From the NCBI GenBank assembly GCA_041288095.1, contig JBGGMJ010000167.1:1-64000 (forward strand): a DNA stretch of 64,000 nt, read 5' to 3'. The first letter of the stretch is position 1. Each line of letters begins with the position of its first letter. The position numbers and the translations under genes were made by a program. Positions 12,109 through 22,553 of this stretch are shown piece after piece. The stretch comes from Myxococcota bacterium. Its GTDB lineage: Bacteria > Myxococcota > XYA12-FULL-58-9 > JALHOP01. A model generated the notes under the pieces. It searched no databases. It worked only from the letters and a program-made list of their open reading frames with translations, and was not told the origin of the DNA.

Positions 12109-12843
12109 ATGCCCGCCGTTGCCAAGCGTTCCCAGAAAAAGGCCGAGCCCAAGGCCGTCGAGCCGACCCTGGTCACCCCGCGCCGGGCCGCCGCCTTCTA
12201 CGATCTCGAAGGCACCCTTTGCTCGACCAATATCGTCCATACCTACGGGTACTTCGCGCGCAACCAGCCGACCTTCCTCAAGAGCTTCATGAAGACCGCC
12301 TCGACACTCGCTCAGGTGCCGTTCTTCGCGGTGGCGGATACGTACTCGCGCAAGCTGTTCAACGAGCTGTTCTACCGGCGTTACAAAGGCGAGAGCGAAG
12401 ACCGCTTGAAGCTGATGGCCGAGGAGATGTTCGAGACCGTGGTGAAGCCCGGCATCTACGAACAATCCTACGCGATGATTCGCCAGTCGCGCGCAGCCGG
12501 CTACATGCAGGTGCTGATCACGGGCGCGCTGGACCTCCTCGCCGAACCGGTCGCGCGTCACCTCGGCATGGACGTCTTCGTCTCCAACGAGCTCGAGTTC
12601 GTCGACGGCTATTGTACCGGCAAGATCAAGCAGCCTCTCCTCGCGGGGGCCACCAAGGCCACCTGGATGCGCCAGTACGCCGCCGAGAACGGGTTCGATC
12701 TCGAGCAATGTTTGGCCTACTCGGATTCGATGAGCGATCTGCCGATGCTCACCGTCGTCGGCAAGCCCTCGGTCATCAATCCCGACATGCGTTTGAAGCA
12801 GTTGGCGCGCCAGTTCGACTGGCCGGTGCTCAGCTTCTCGTAG
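12109..12843 (+). CDS. HAD-IB family hydrolase (SerB-like)
   Basis: Motif I FYDLEGTL, motif II ITGA, motif III/IV K...AYSDSMSDLPML, INPD. Confidence 0.88.
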   Translation: MPAVAKRSQKKAEPKAVEPTLVTPRRAAAFYDLEGTLCSTNIVHTYGYFARNQPTFLKSFMKTASTLAQVPFFAVADTYSRKLFNELFYRRYKGESEDRLKLMAEEMFETVVKPGIYEQSYAMIRQSRAAGYMQVLITGALDLLAEPVARHLGMDVFVSNELEFVDGYCTGKIKQPLLAGATKATWMRQYAAENGFDLEQCLAYSDSMSDLPMLTVVGKPSVINPDMRLKQLARQFDWPVLSFS

Positions 12844-13936
12844 GCGGCGCCCGCATCGGCGGCTCATCGACGCCGGAGAGCTTGGCGGGAAAGCCGATGC
12901 TCGGCACCGGTGTGCCGCCGCGGTCGAGGGTGCGAACGAGGCCGCGCGCGACGATCTGCGGGTCCGCGAAAGCGGCCGCGAGGTCGTTGATGGGGCCGGC
13001 GGGCACACCGCGCCGCTCCAGCGCCTCGAGCAGGTCGGCGGAGCTCCGGCGCCCGATCGCATCTCGCAGCGACGCTTCCAGCTCTTGGCGGTTGGCTACG
13101 CGCGAACGGTTGTCCGTGTAGCGTCGATCGCGCGCGAGCTCGGGCGCGCCCAGCACCTCGCACAACGCGGTGAACTGTCCGTCATTGCCGACAGCGATCA
13201 CGATGCGGCCGTCCTGGGTCGCGAAGTCACGATAAGGGACGATGTTGGGGTGCGCGTTGCCGGTGCGCTCGGGAACCTTGCCGCTCACCAGGTAGCTCAT
13301 GCCCTGATTCGCGAGCACCGCGACCTGGCTGTCGAGGAGAGCGAGATCGATGTGCTGGCCAACCCCGGTCGCATCGCGCTGGCGCAGCGCCGCCAAGATG
13401 GACACGACGGCATACATGCCGGTGAACAAATCGGACACCGCGACGCCGACCTTCATGGGCTCGCGATCGCCCGTGATGCTCATGAGTCCGCTCATCGCCT
13501 GCACCAGCAGGTCATAGCCGGCGCGCTGCGCGTACGGCCCGGTTTGGCCGAAGCCGGTGATCGAGCAGTAGACGAGGCGCGGATTCTCCTGGTGGAGCGT
13601 CGGGTAATCCAGGCCGTGTTTGGCGAGGGTGCCGACTTTGAAGTTCTCGACCAGGACATCGCTGCCCTTGGCGAGCTCGCGCAGAGTCGCGGCGCCCTCG
13701 GGCGTGGCGAAGTCCACCGTCATGACGGATTTGTTGCGGTTGGCGCAGAGAAAGTACGCCGCGTCTCCCGAGCCATCCTCGACGAAAGGCGGTCCCCACG
13801 AGCGCGTCTCATCGGGGCGCCCAGGATGCTCGACCTTGATGACCTCGGCACCGAGGTCGCCGAGCATCTGGGTTGCCCATGGACCGGCGAGGACGCGTGA
13901 GAGGTCGAGGACGCGGATGCCGGACAAGGGGTTCAT
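12830..13936 (-). CDS. CaiB/BaiF family III CoA-transferase
   Basis: LSGIRVLDLSRVLAGP, GAEVIKVE, NRNKS, ENFKVG, SITGFGQTGPY, GYD. Confidence 0.94.
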   Translation of the reverse strand: MNPLSGIRVLDLSRVLAGPWATQMLGDLGAEVIKVEHPGRPDETRSWGPPFVEDGSGDAAYFLCANRNKSVMTVDFATPEGAATLRELAKGSDVLVENFKVGTLAKHGLDYPTLHQENPRLVYCSITGFGQTGPYAQRAGYDLLVQAMSGLMSITGDREPMKVGVAVSDLFTGMYAVVSILAALRQRDATGVGQHIDLALLDSQVAVLANQGMSYLVSGKVPERTGNAHPNIVPYRDFATQDGRIVIAVGNDGQFTALCEVLGAPELARDRRYTDNRSRVANRQELEASLRDAIGRRSSADLLEALERRGVPAGPINDLAAAFADPQIVARGLVRTLDRGGTPVPSIGFPAKLSGVDEPPMRAPPTRS

Positions 13937-13942
13937 TGCGTC

Positions 13943-16900
13943 TCAGTAGGCGTACACGAGCCGCGTCGACAAGTTGATCCGCGTGTAGACGTTCGAGGTG
14001 CGGGTGATCTCGCCGGCGCTCTCCCAGGCGAGCCGCGGCGTGAACGCGTAGGCGTAGGCGATGCCGGCACCGCCGCCGAAGCGGACACCGCCAGGAGTCG
14101 TCCCCGCCTTTTGGTACTGCAACGCGGGGCCCGCGAAGAGGCGCAGGTCGTGCGCTTCCTTGCTGACGCTCAGGCTCGCGATGAGCGCGTTCGACCAGAA
14201 GAAGTCCGGGCTGAAATAGCCGTCGCCGAGTTGTCCATCGAAGGCGCCGTGATCGCTGCCGTAGTGCGTGAGGTAGGTCGTGCCACCCAGGCCAAAGCGC
14301 GTGGTGCTGTCCGCGATGGCAAACCACTGGAGGCCGCCCTCGGCGCCCATCTGCAGGTTGCTGGTGTCGGTGTTGGCGGTGACGAAGCCGAGATGCGGGG
14401 CCGCCCACAGATGCAGCCGCTCGCGCTCCAGTCGGGCCTCGACGCGCGCGAGGTGTGAGCGCGCTGCACCGCGCCCCTCGGCGCCGACCAACGCGAGAAA
14501 AGAATCGTACCGCAGGGTGCGCTCGACGCTGGGCCGCACGCGGAGCTGGCCGGAGCGGTGATCGAAGGCCGCGCCGGCCTCGACGCCGGCTTCCGCCAAG
14601 GTGTGCACCTCGATGCGGGCGCTCGCGAGGTCGGCCTCGCCGACCAACACCTCGGCGAAGGCGCCGATGACCCCGCCGCTCGCGCGCTCGGTGTCGTTCC
14701 AATAGGTTTCGCCACCAGCGCGCACGCCGGCGACGACCTTGCGCGCAATCTCCATGGAGCCGCTCGCGGTGGCCGTGAAGCCATAGAGCTCGAAGACATC
14801 GGATGGCTGAATGAGAGCAGTGAGCTTGCCGGTGATCGCGGGCCCATCGCGGCCCTCGAGTTGATAGTTGAGGCGAGCCACCTCGGGATCGTTGGGCGCG
14901 AGCTTGCGGGCGAGCCGGGCTTGCTCGAGAGCCTTCTCGCGCTCGCCTTGGGCGGCGTAGGCGCGCGCGAGACCGACGCGTGGGCGGACGTCCTTTGGGT
15001 CTGCTTTGGCGGCCTGGTGATAGACCTCGATGGCTTGCGGCAGCGTGTCTTCGTCTTCCGCCAAGAGACCGGCGTAAGCGATGCGCGATTCGCGGTCGCC
15101 GCTCTTCGAGAGCTTCTCGTATTCCTCGAGCGCTTGCTGGCGCGTGCCGCCGCGTTGGGCGAGTAGCCCCGCGTACGCGCGACGCGTCTTGGTGTCCTCT
15201 GGTCGCATGCGCACGAGCTCGGCGTACGTCGCCACCGCTTTGTCGTGGTACTTGCTGTCGCGCGAATAAAGCTCGGCGAGGGTGCGTCCCGTTTCGTAGT
15301 CGTGGCGCTCTTTCCACACCTTCTCGTATTCGGGAATGGCCCGCGTGCCCTGCGCTTCGTCCCACAACAAGAGTTTTTGGTAATCGCGGCGCAGCGCTGG
15401 ATCGTTCGGGTTCTTGTCGAGGAGCTTCTCGTATTCGTCGAGGGCGGCGCGCACGTCCTTCTTGTCCTGTGCCAGGAGCTTCGCCAGCTCGAGGCGCATC
15501 GCTGGGTCGTCTTTTTGCGAGAGTCCCTGTCTGTAATAGCGGATGGCATCCTTGCGGCGATATGCGTAGCGTGACCACTTCAATCGCTGCGCTTGGGCGA
15601 AGTTGATCTCCGTGTCGTCGGGAAAGCGCGTCAGATACTTGTCGTACTGCTCGACCGCCTTGTCGTAGAGCCCCTGCTGCTCATAGGCGGTGCCGAGGGC
15701 GCGCATCGAGTCGCGGTTGTCCGGGTTCTGCTCGACGGCCTTTTCGTAGGCCTCGATCGCCGCCTTGTAGTTGCCGATCTCCATGTTCGAGCGGCCGCGC
15801 ATCAGGTACCAGGACTCGCGGATCCCCTCTGCGTGTGCGCTCGAGCAGACACCCAAAACGAGCACCATGGGCAGGAGGGCACGGACGACGCCGCGCACCA
15901 GGTGCCAGAACATGCCGACGTTGCTGCGTGGCTCGTGGACGTGCGCGGTCTCCCACGACTTGGGATGGGCGAAAAGCTCGAGCAGTAGAGCTTTGCGCTC
16001 CGAGGCTGTGAGCGCGAAGATGAAACCGAGTCGCAAGCGTCCTCCCCCAAGGGGCAGCTCGTAGACGCGCCGCGCCGGGAGCGCAACCGCGCCGTCGTAC
16101 ATTGTCAGGGTGAGCTCGCCCTCGGGAGGCATGGCGAGCACCGCCGCCGAGCGGTTCACCGTCATGCCGCAGCCGCTCAAGCTGACGTCGCTCGTCATGC
16201 CGAGCTCGACCCCATCGAGCTGCACCTTGAAGGTGCGCCGCAAGCGTTCCTCGACCCGCCGTTGAGGCCGCTCCCAGGCGACGAGCAACGCGACCGCGAG
16301 GCCCAAAAGGTTCACCGTCGCCCAGGCGATGTTGAGCACGTAGGCATCACGCTCGATTCCGAACGCGGTCATCTCCACATAACCCTTGATGATGCCCGCG
16401 AGGGTGAGCAGCGCCGCGATGATGGTCAGGAGGGAGGAGCCGGCGTCGAAGCTGCGGTGGGTCGAGACGATGCCCTTCGGCGTCACCTTGAACCCGAGTG
16501 ATTTGGGCAAGAAGAGGTCGAACATGGCGCGGAAGAGGGGGAAGGAGACCACGAGCTCGTAGACCACGCCCCAGCCGAAGCGCGGCCAGCCCGGCAAGAG
16601 CACCGACGACACCATCGGCAAGAAGATGATCGCGGGCAGCAGATAGGCGAGCAGCTCTGGGAGGTCGGCGAACAACGGATGCAGGTGGAAGAAGAGGAAA
16701 TAGAGTGGCGTCAACCAGTAGATGACGCGGAAGAGCGGATGCAAAAAGTAATAGAGCGACGCGAAGTAACCGAGTCGCAAGCGCCACGGCAGTCCGTGAT
16801 GCAGGAGCGGGTTGTCCTTGAAGAAGATCTGCAGGCAACCGAGCATCCAGCGTCGCCGCTGCACCAGATAGCTCGCGAGATTTTCCGCGGTCAGGCCGAC

Positions 16901-18928
16901 CGCGAGGTCCTTGTCGACGAAGCGGGTGCGCCAGCCTCGCGCGTGCAGGTGTTGGCTGGTGTGGATGTCCTCGGTGATCGACAGCAGGTTGAAGCCGCCG
17001 TTCTCCTCGAGGGCACGCCGTCTGAAGACCGCGCCACTGCCCACGAAAAACGAGCCGCCCCAGCCGTCGCGGCCGTTCTGGATTGCGTGATTGAAGAGGT
17101 CCTGCTCATTCGCGACCGCGCCCTCCAGGCGGAAAGCCCGCTGGAAGATGTCGTCGTTGTAGAAGTGGTGCGGCGTCTGCACGACCGCCATCTTGGCGTC
17201 TGCGAACCACGGCACCGTCTCTTCGAGGAAGCTCGTGACCGGGATGTGGTCGGTGTCGAACACCAGCACCAGCTCGCCTTGGGTGAACGTCATTGCGTTG
17301 TTGAGGTTGCCCGCTTTGGCGTGCTTCTTCGGCCCCTTGATGTAGCCGGCGCCGTGCGACTCGGCGAGGACGCGCACTTCGTCGCGGTGACTGTCATCGC
17401 ACACCCAGATCTTCTTGTTGGGGTAGCGCATGGCGACGGCGGCGATGAGCGTCTTGTCGAGGATGTCGGTCGACTCCGAGTAGATCGGAATCAACACGTC
17501 AATGGACGGCGTGAACGACGGATCGTCCGGGCGGCTGGGCTTGGCTCCGCGCCGCAAGCCGACTTGCAGCACCAGGAGAACGACGGTCGTGAAGCTGTAC
17601 GCTTCAGCGCACCACAAGGCGATGCTGATGACCGGGCCCAACGCTTCGACGAAGTTCAAGCTCGTCGCGAGCCGCCACACCAAATAGCGGGCGCACAAGG
17701 CGAGCCCCGAGATCACGAAGGCGATGCGCGCCGCGCGGTAGCGCTTCGCCAAGAAGAACGTGACGAAGGTCGCGAGCACCCAGACGAGCGGCAGGTGCAC
17801 GAGGAAACCTTCCATGTCGAACGGCCGCAGGAACGCGAAGAGCTCGTTGCCTTGGACGACGCGGTCGAGAGCGAAGGCGCGGTCGAACCACAACCAGTTG
17901 TGCAGATAGTAGGGCGTCTCCTGATTCTGGAGCGCCTTGGCGAAGAGCTTGTCGAGCTTGTCGCCGGCAAGACGCTCGGCGAAGTCGGCGTTCATCACGG
18001 TCGCGAGGGCGTGGACGCTGGCATAGTGCGGCAGGCCTTCGAGCTGCGATAGCGGATGCCCGTCCGTGTCGTAGCGCTCTACGAGCTTGCCGCTCCTCGT
18101 GTAGATCTCCTCGACGTTGTCGAGCAGCTGCCGCGCGACGCTCTCCGCCCGAGCGTTCCACGTGGCGTCGACGGCCAAGCGGAAGAAGAGCGGCACCACG
18201 TCGTAGCCGAACGGGGCGACCTTGCCGCCGGGCTTGTTCAACAGGAGCGTGTTCTTGGTCTTGTCGAGGTAGACGATCTCGGGTGGCAGCTTCGTCCGCT
18301 CTTGCAGCCAACCCAGGAGGGCGTAGCTCGCGGTCGCGAGCCCCCGCCAATCGTGCTTCGAGTCGACCTCGCCAAAAGCCGTGAATGCAGCCGGCGCGAG
18401 ATAGCCGACGTGGATGGTCACGTAGCGCTCGCGCGACGCCCAATTCCCCGCTGACAGGTAGGGTGTATCTCCGGCGACCACGACTTCCTGCTTCCAGATG
18501 TCGTCGATGATCGCCAACGCCTCCGTGCGGTAGGTCTTCACGTCGAAGACGCGCGAGGCGACGAGCAAGGCGAGGGCGATGTCGACATCGGCGTCACTGG
18601 CGCTGTTGTGGTCGACGACGCCACGGCCGTCGTGTTTCCAGGCGAACAGAGCGTCGCGGCGGGTCCGCAGGTTCTCCTTGGTCCAGCGCCAGACGGCCGA
18701 AAAGGCTTCCTTGTCGCGCTGCCAGACTGCCCGGAGCATGCCGTAGCTCTGGGCCTCGCTGGTCGTGATGCCTCGCTCGTCGAGCTCCACGACCCGGCCG
18801 TCTTTGACGTAGTCGAACTCGTAACGGCTCCACAGGGCCGAAAGCTCGTCGAGCTGGCGCAGATAGCGGTCGCTGGTGCGCTCGTCGGCGGGGGTCGCCA
18901 CGAGAAGGAGGGAGAGCCAGAGAGTCAC
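13943..18928 (-). CDS. bcsA: Fusion protein: GH8 endoglucanase + BcsA-type cellulose synthase (GT2-PilZ) + TPR + probable outer-membrane beta-barrel
   Basis: GH8 TTSEAQSYGM, SASDAD; GT2 CDD, HAKAGNLN, FDTDH, QTPH, FFVGS, TED, QRRRW; FKVTPK; PilZ RRVEER and DVSLSG; TPR helices; beta-rich C-terminus ending RLVYAY. Confidence 0.9.
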   Translation of the reverse strand: MTLWLSLLLVATPADERTSDRYLRQLDELSALWSRYEFDYVKDGRVVELDERGITTSEAQSYGMLRAVWQRDKEAFSAVWRWTKENLRTRRDALFAWKHDGRGVVDHNSASDADVDIALALLVASRVFDVKTYRTEALAIIDDIWKQEVVVAGDTPYLSAGNWASRERYVTIHVGYLAPAAFTAFGEVDSKHDWRGLATASYALLGWLQERTKLPPEIVYLDKTKNTLLLNKPGGKVAPFGYDVVPLFFRLAVDATWNARAESVARQLLDNVEEIYTRSGKLVERYDTDGHPLSQLEGLPHYASVHALATVMNADFAERLAGDKLDKLFAKALQNQETPYYLHNWLWFDRAFALDRVVQGNELFAFLRPFDMEGFLVHLPLVWVLATFVTFFLAKRYRAARIAFVISGLALCARYLVWRLATSLNFVEALGPVISIALWCAEAYSFTTVVLLVLQVGLRRGAKPSRPDDPSFTPSIDVLIPIYSESTDILDKTLIAAVAMRYPNKKIWVCDDSHRDEVRVLAESHGAGYIKGPKKHAKAGNLNNAMTFTQGELVLVFDTDHIPVTSFLEETVPWFADAKMAVVQTPHHFYNDDIFQRAFRLEGAVANEQDLFNHAIQNGRDGWGGSFFVGSGAVFRRRALEENGGFNLLSITEDIHTSQHLHARGWRTRFVDKDLAVGLTAENLASYLVQRRRWMLGCLQIFFKDNPLLHHGLPWRLRLGYFASLYYFLHPLFRVIYWLTPLYFLFFHLHPLFADLPELLAYLLPAIIFLPMVSSVLLPGWPRFGWGVVYELVVSFPLFRAMFDLFLPKSLGFKVTPKGIVSTHRSFDAGSSLLTIIAALLTLAGIIKGYVEMTAFGIERDAYVLNIAWATVNLLGLAVALLVAWERPQRRVEERLRRTFKVQLDGVELGMTSDVSLSGCGMTVNRSAAVLAMPPEGELTLTMYDGAVALPARRVYELPLGGGRLRLGFIFALTASERKALLLELFAHPKSWETAHVHEPRSNVGMFWHLVRGVVRALLPMVLVLGVCSSAHAEGIRESWYLMRGRSNMEIGNYKAAIEAYEKAVEQNPDNRDSMRALGTAYEQQGLYDKAVEQYDKYLTRFPDDTEINFAQAQRLKWSRYAYRRKDAIRYYRQGLSQKDDPAMRLELAKLLAQDKKDVRAALDEYEKLLDKNPNDPALRRDYQKLLLWDEAQGTRAIPEYEKVWKERHDYETGRTLAELYSRDSKYHDKAVATYAELVRMRPEDTKTRRAYAGLLAQRGGTRQQALEEYEKLSKSGDRESRIAYAGLLAEDEDTLPQAIEVYHQAAKADPKDVRPRVGLARAYAAQGEREKALEQARLARKLAPNDPEVARLNYQLEGRDGPAITGKLTALIQPSDVFELYGFTATASGSMEIARKVVAGVRAGGETYWNDTERASGGVIGAFAEVLVGEADLASARIEVHTLAEAGVEAGAAFDHRSGQLRVRPSVERTLRYDSFLALVGAEGRGAARSHLARVEARLERERLHLWAAPHLGFVTANTDTSNLQMGAEGGLQWFAIADSTTRFGLGGTTYLTHYGSDHGAFDGQLGDGYFSPDFFWSNALIASLSVSKEAHDLRLFAGPALQYQKAGTTPGGVRFGGGAGIAYAYAFTPRLAWESAGEITRTSNVYTRINLSTRLVYAY

Positions 18929-18972
18929 GGTGGCTAGGCTTTCACCACGCCACGAGCGAAAAGGCTATCCGC

Positions 18973-19377
18973 TCAGAAGATCTTGGTCGCCGGTGTTTGG
19001 CCGAGCTCGCGGAGCTGACGTGATGCGCGCTCGAACTGCGGTGTGCCTGCCGGCGCGAATTCGCGCGCGAGCTGGGCGGCGGTCGTCGCTTTGGAGCGGA
19101 GAACGTTGTTGCTGAACAGGTCGCGCAATCGCGGCTGCGCGATGGCGGCCTGATACTTCGTGCGGTAACTGTCACTCGCCACGATCAAGCGGTCGACCGC
19201 CGTGGCGCGCTCGGCACCGAAAGCGGCCTTCACGGCGCGCGCGTCGTTGAAGGTGAGGAAGCGGTCGCGCTCGACGTTCAGTGTGTCGAACACGCTCAGC
19301 TCGTCGGGGCTCGTGGCGCCGTCACCGTCGAGGTCGAAGGTGGTGCGGTCGGACAAGAATCCGGTGATGGGCTCCAC
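18973..19377 (-). CDS. Small orphan protein with EF-hand-like loop
   Basis: GTG at 19377 preceded by GGGAG; DLDGDGATSPDE loop; start is inferred. Confidence 0.55.
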   Translation of the reverse strand: MEPITGFLSDRTTFDLDGDGATSPDELSVFDTLNVERDRFLTFNDARAVKAAFGAERATAVDRLIVASDSYRTKYQAAIAQPRLRDLFSNNVLRSKATTAAQLAREFAPAGTPQFERASRQLRELGQTPATKIF

Positions 19378-19424
19378 GATGCTCTCCCGTGTACACGCTG
19401 GCCATATCGAGCGTTCTGATTCGA

Positions 19425-19452
19425 GTATCGGCGGACTCCAACGCGCCGTTGC
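19425..19452 (-). promoter_or_regulatory. Sigma28-like bipartite promoter motif, copy 1
   Basis: Minus strand GCAA-cggcgcgttggagtcc-GCCGATAC upstream of the 19377 start. Confidence 0.55.
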
Positions 19453-19569
19453 TCTCGCGAGCCTGACACGGTGACGGGCGGCCTCGATGACCGCTACCCC
19501 GTCGTCGACTGGGGCGGCCCTGGGCCAGCGCGTGTTGACTCTGGATAATACGGCGGATAGTCCACCGCC

Positions 19570-21162
<1,593 letters not shown>

Positions 21163-21163
21163 C

Positions 21164-21778
21164 ATGAGCACCAACAAGCGCAGTCACATCCGAATCCTGG
21201 TTGCGTTGAAGGTCACCGCGGAGTCCGAGACCGGCCGCGTGAAAGCGCTGACCAAGAACCTGAGCGTCGGCGGCGTGTACCTGTTGACGGACGCCAAGTG
21301 GGCGGCGGGCACGACGGTCGAGCTCAATCTCGAGCACAAAGGCGTCGAAGTGCATATGCGCGCCGAGGTGACCCACCGCCGGGACGACGGGCTTGGCCTG
21401 CGCTTCGTCGACCCGCCTCCGGTGGCGGTCACCGAGCTCATCGGTGTCATCGACGATATCTTGAGCAGCGGTGTCGACCTCGACGGCGCGATGCTGGTTG
21501 CCGACGAGCGCTTGGTGCTCTTCCGTCGCGGCATGCTCGAATACGTCGGTCGCGTCGACAAGGCAGGCGAAGGCGTCATCGCCATCGAGACGCCGGAGAA
21601 GCTCCGCAAGGGCGAGCCGCTCCTGGTGCTGCTCCCCGCGCGCAGTGACGGCGCCCACGTGCGCGAAATCGTCGGCTCGTTCGCCGAGGTCATGAGCCCG
21701 GTCAACACCGGCTTCACCGCGCGCTTCATCGATGCGAGCGACGAGTTCATGACCGCCTTGAACCGGGTCGCGCAGTGA
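21164..21778 (+). CDS. PilZ domain protein
   Basis: RSHIR (RxxxR), NLSVGG, GLGLRF; second PilZ-like half lacks the motifs. Confidence 0.8.
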   Translation: MSTNKRSHIRILVALKVTAESETGRVKALTKNLSVGGVYLLTDAKWAAGTTVELNLEHKGVEVHMRAEVTHRRDDGLGLRFVDPPPVAVTELIGVIDDILSSGVDLDGAMLVADERLVLFRRGMLEYVGRVDKAGEGVIAIETPEKLRKGEPLLVLLPARSDGAHVREIVGSFAEVMSPVNTGFTARFIDASDEFMTALNRVAQ

Positions 21779-22536
21779 TCGACGCCTCGCGGTTGACGGT
21801 CCTCGTGACCGGCGCGACCTCGGGGTACGGCAAGGCCACCGCCGAGCGTTTTCATGGCGCCGGCGCACGCGTCATCGTCACCGGCCGCCGCAAGGATCGG
21901 CTGGACGCGATGGCGAAGCAGCTGGGCACGCGCTTGTTGCCGCTATGCTTCGACGTTACCGATCGTGAGGCCGTCGAGAAGGCGTTCGCCGCCTTGCCCG
22001 CGGATTTCGCGGCCGTCGATGTGCTAGTGAACAACGCCGGCGGCGCCTTGGGGCTCGAGCCCGCGCATCAAGCGAATCTCGACGACTGGGACGCCATGGT
22101 GGACGTCAACATCAAAGGGCTCACCTACGTCACGCGCGCCGTGCTCCCGGGCATGGTTGAACGCAATCGCGGACACGTCGTGAACCTGGGCAGCGTCGCG
22201 GGCTCCTACCCGTACCCCGGTGGTAACGTCTACGGCGCCACCAAGGCGTTCGTGTCCCAGTTCTCGCTCAACCTACGCGCCGATCTCCACGGTACCGCCG
22301 TTCGTGTGACCAGCATCGAGCCCGGCTTCTCGGAGACCGAGTTCTCGATCGTTCGCTTCAAGGGCGACGTCGAGCGCGCCAACAAGCTGTACGCTGGAAC
22401 GGAGCCCCTGCGCCCGGCGGACATCGCCGAGAGCATCTTTTGGGTAGCGTGCTTGCCGCCGCACGTGAACATCAACCGGCTCGAAGTGATGCCGACCGTG
22501 CAGGCCTTTGGCGCGTTCCCGATACGACGGACCTGA
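21775..22536 (+). CDS. ydfG: NADP-dependent 3-hydroxy acid dehydrogenase (SDR)
   Basis: TGATSGYG, NNAG, YGATKAF, PPHVNINRLEVMP. Confidence 0.85.
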   Translation: MIDASRLTVLVTGATSGYGKATAERFHGAGARVIVTGRRKDRLDAMAKQLGTRLLPLCFDVTDREAVEKAFAALPADFAAVDVLVNNAGGALGLEPAHQANLDDWDAMVDVNIKGLTYVTRAVLPGMVERNRGHVVNLGSVAGSYPYPGGNVYGATKAFVSQFSLNLRADLHGTAVRVTSIEPGFSETEFSIVRFKGDVERANKLYAGTEPLRPADIAESIFWVACLPPHVNINRLEVMPTVQAFGAFPIRRT

Positions 22537-22553
22537 GCCGCCGGCCTTCTTGC

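Noticed and set aside
12830..12843. Convergent 14-nt overlap and short C-terminus of the CoA-transferase
   Set aside because: Only a short tail appears missing; short convergent overlaps are common in this compact genome
13809..15578. Long alternative-frame ORFs (589 aa, 459 aa) within the fusion gene as separate bcs genes
   Set aside because: Arg/Ala/Ser-rich shadow translations typical of high-GC DNA; no motifs
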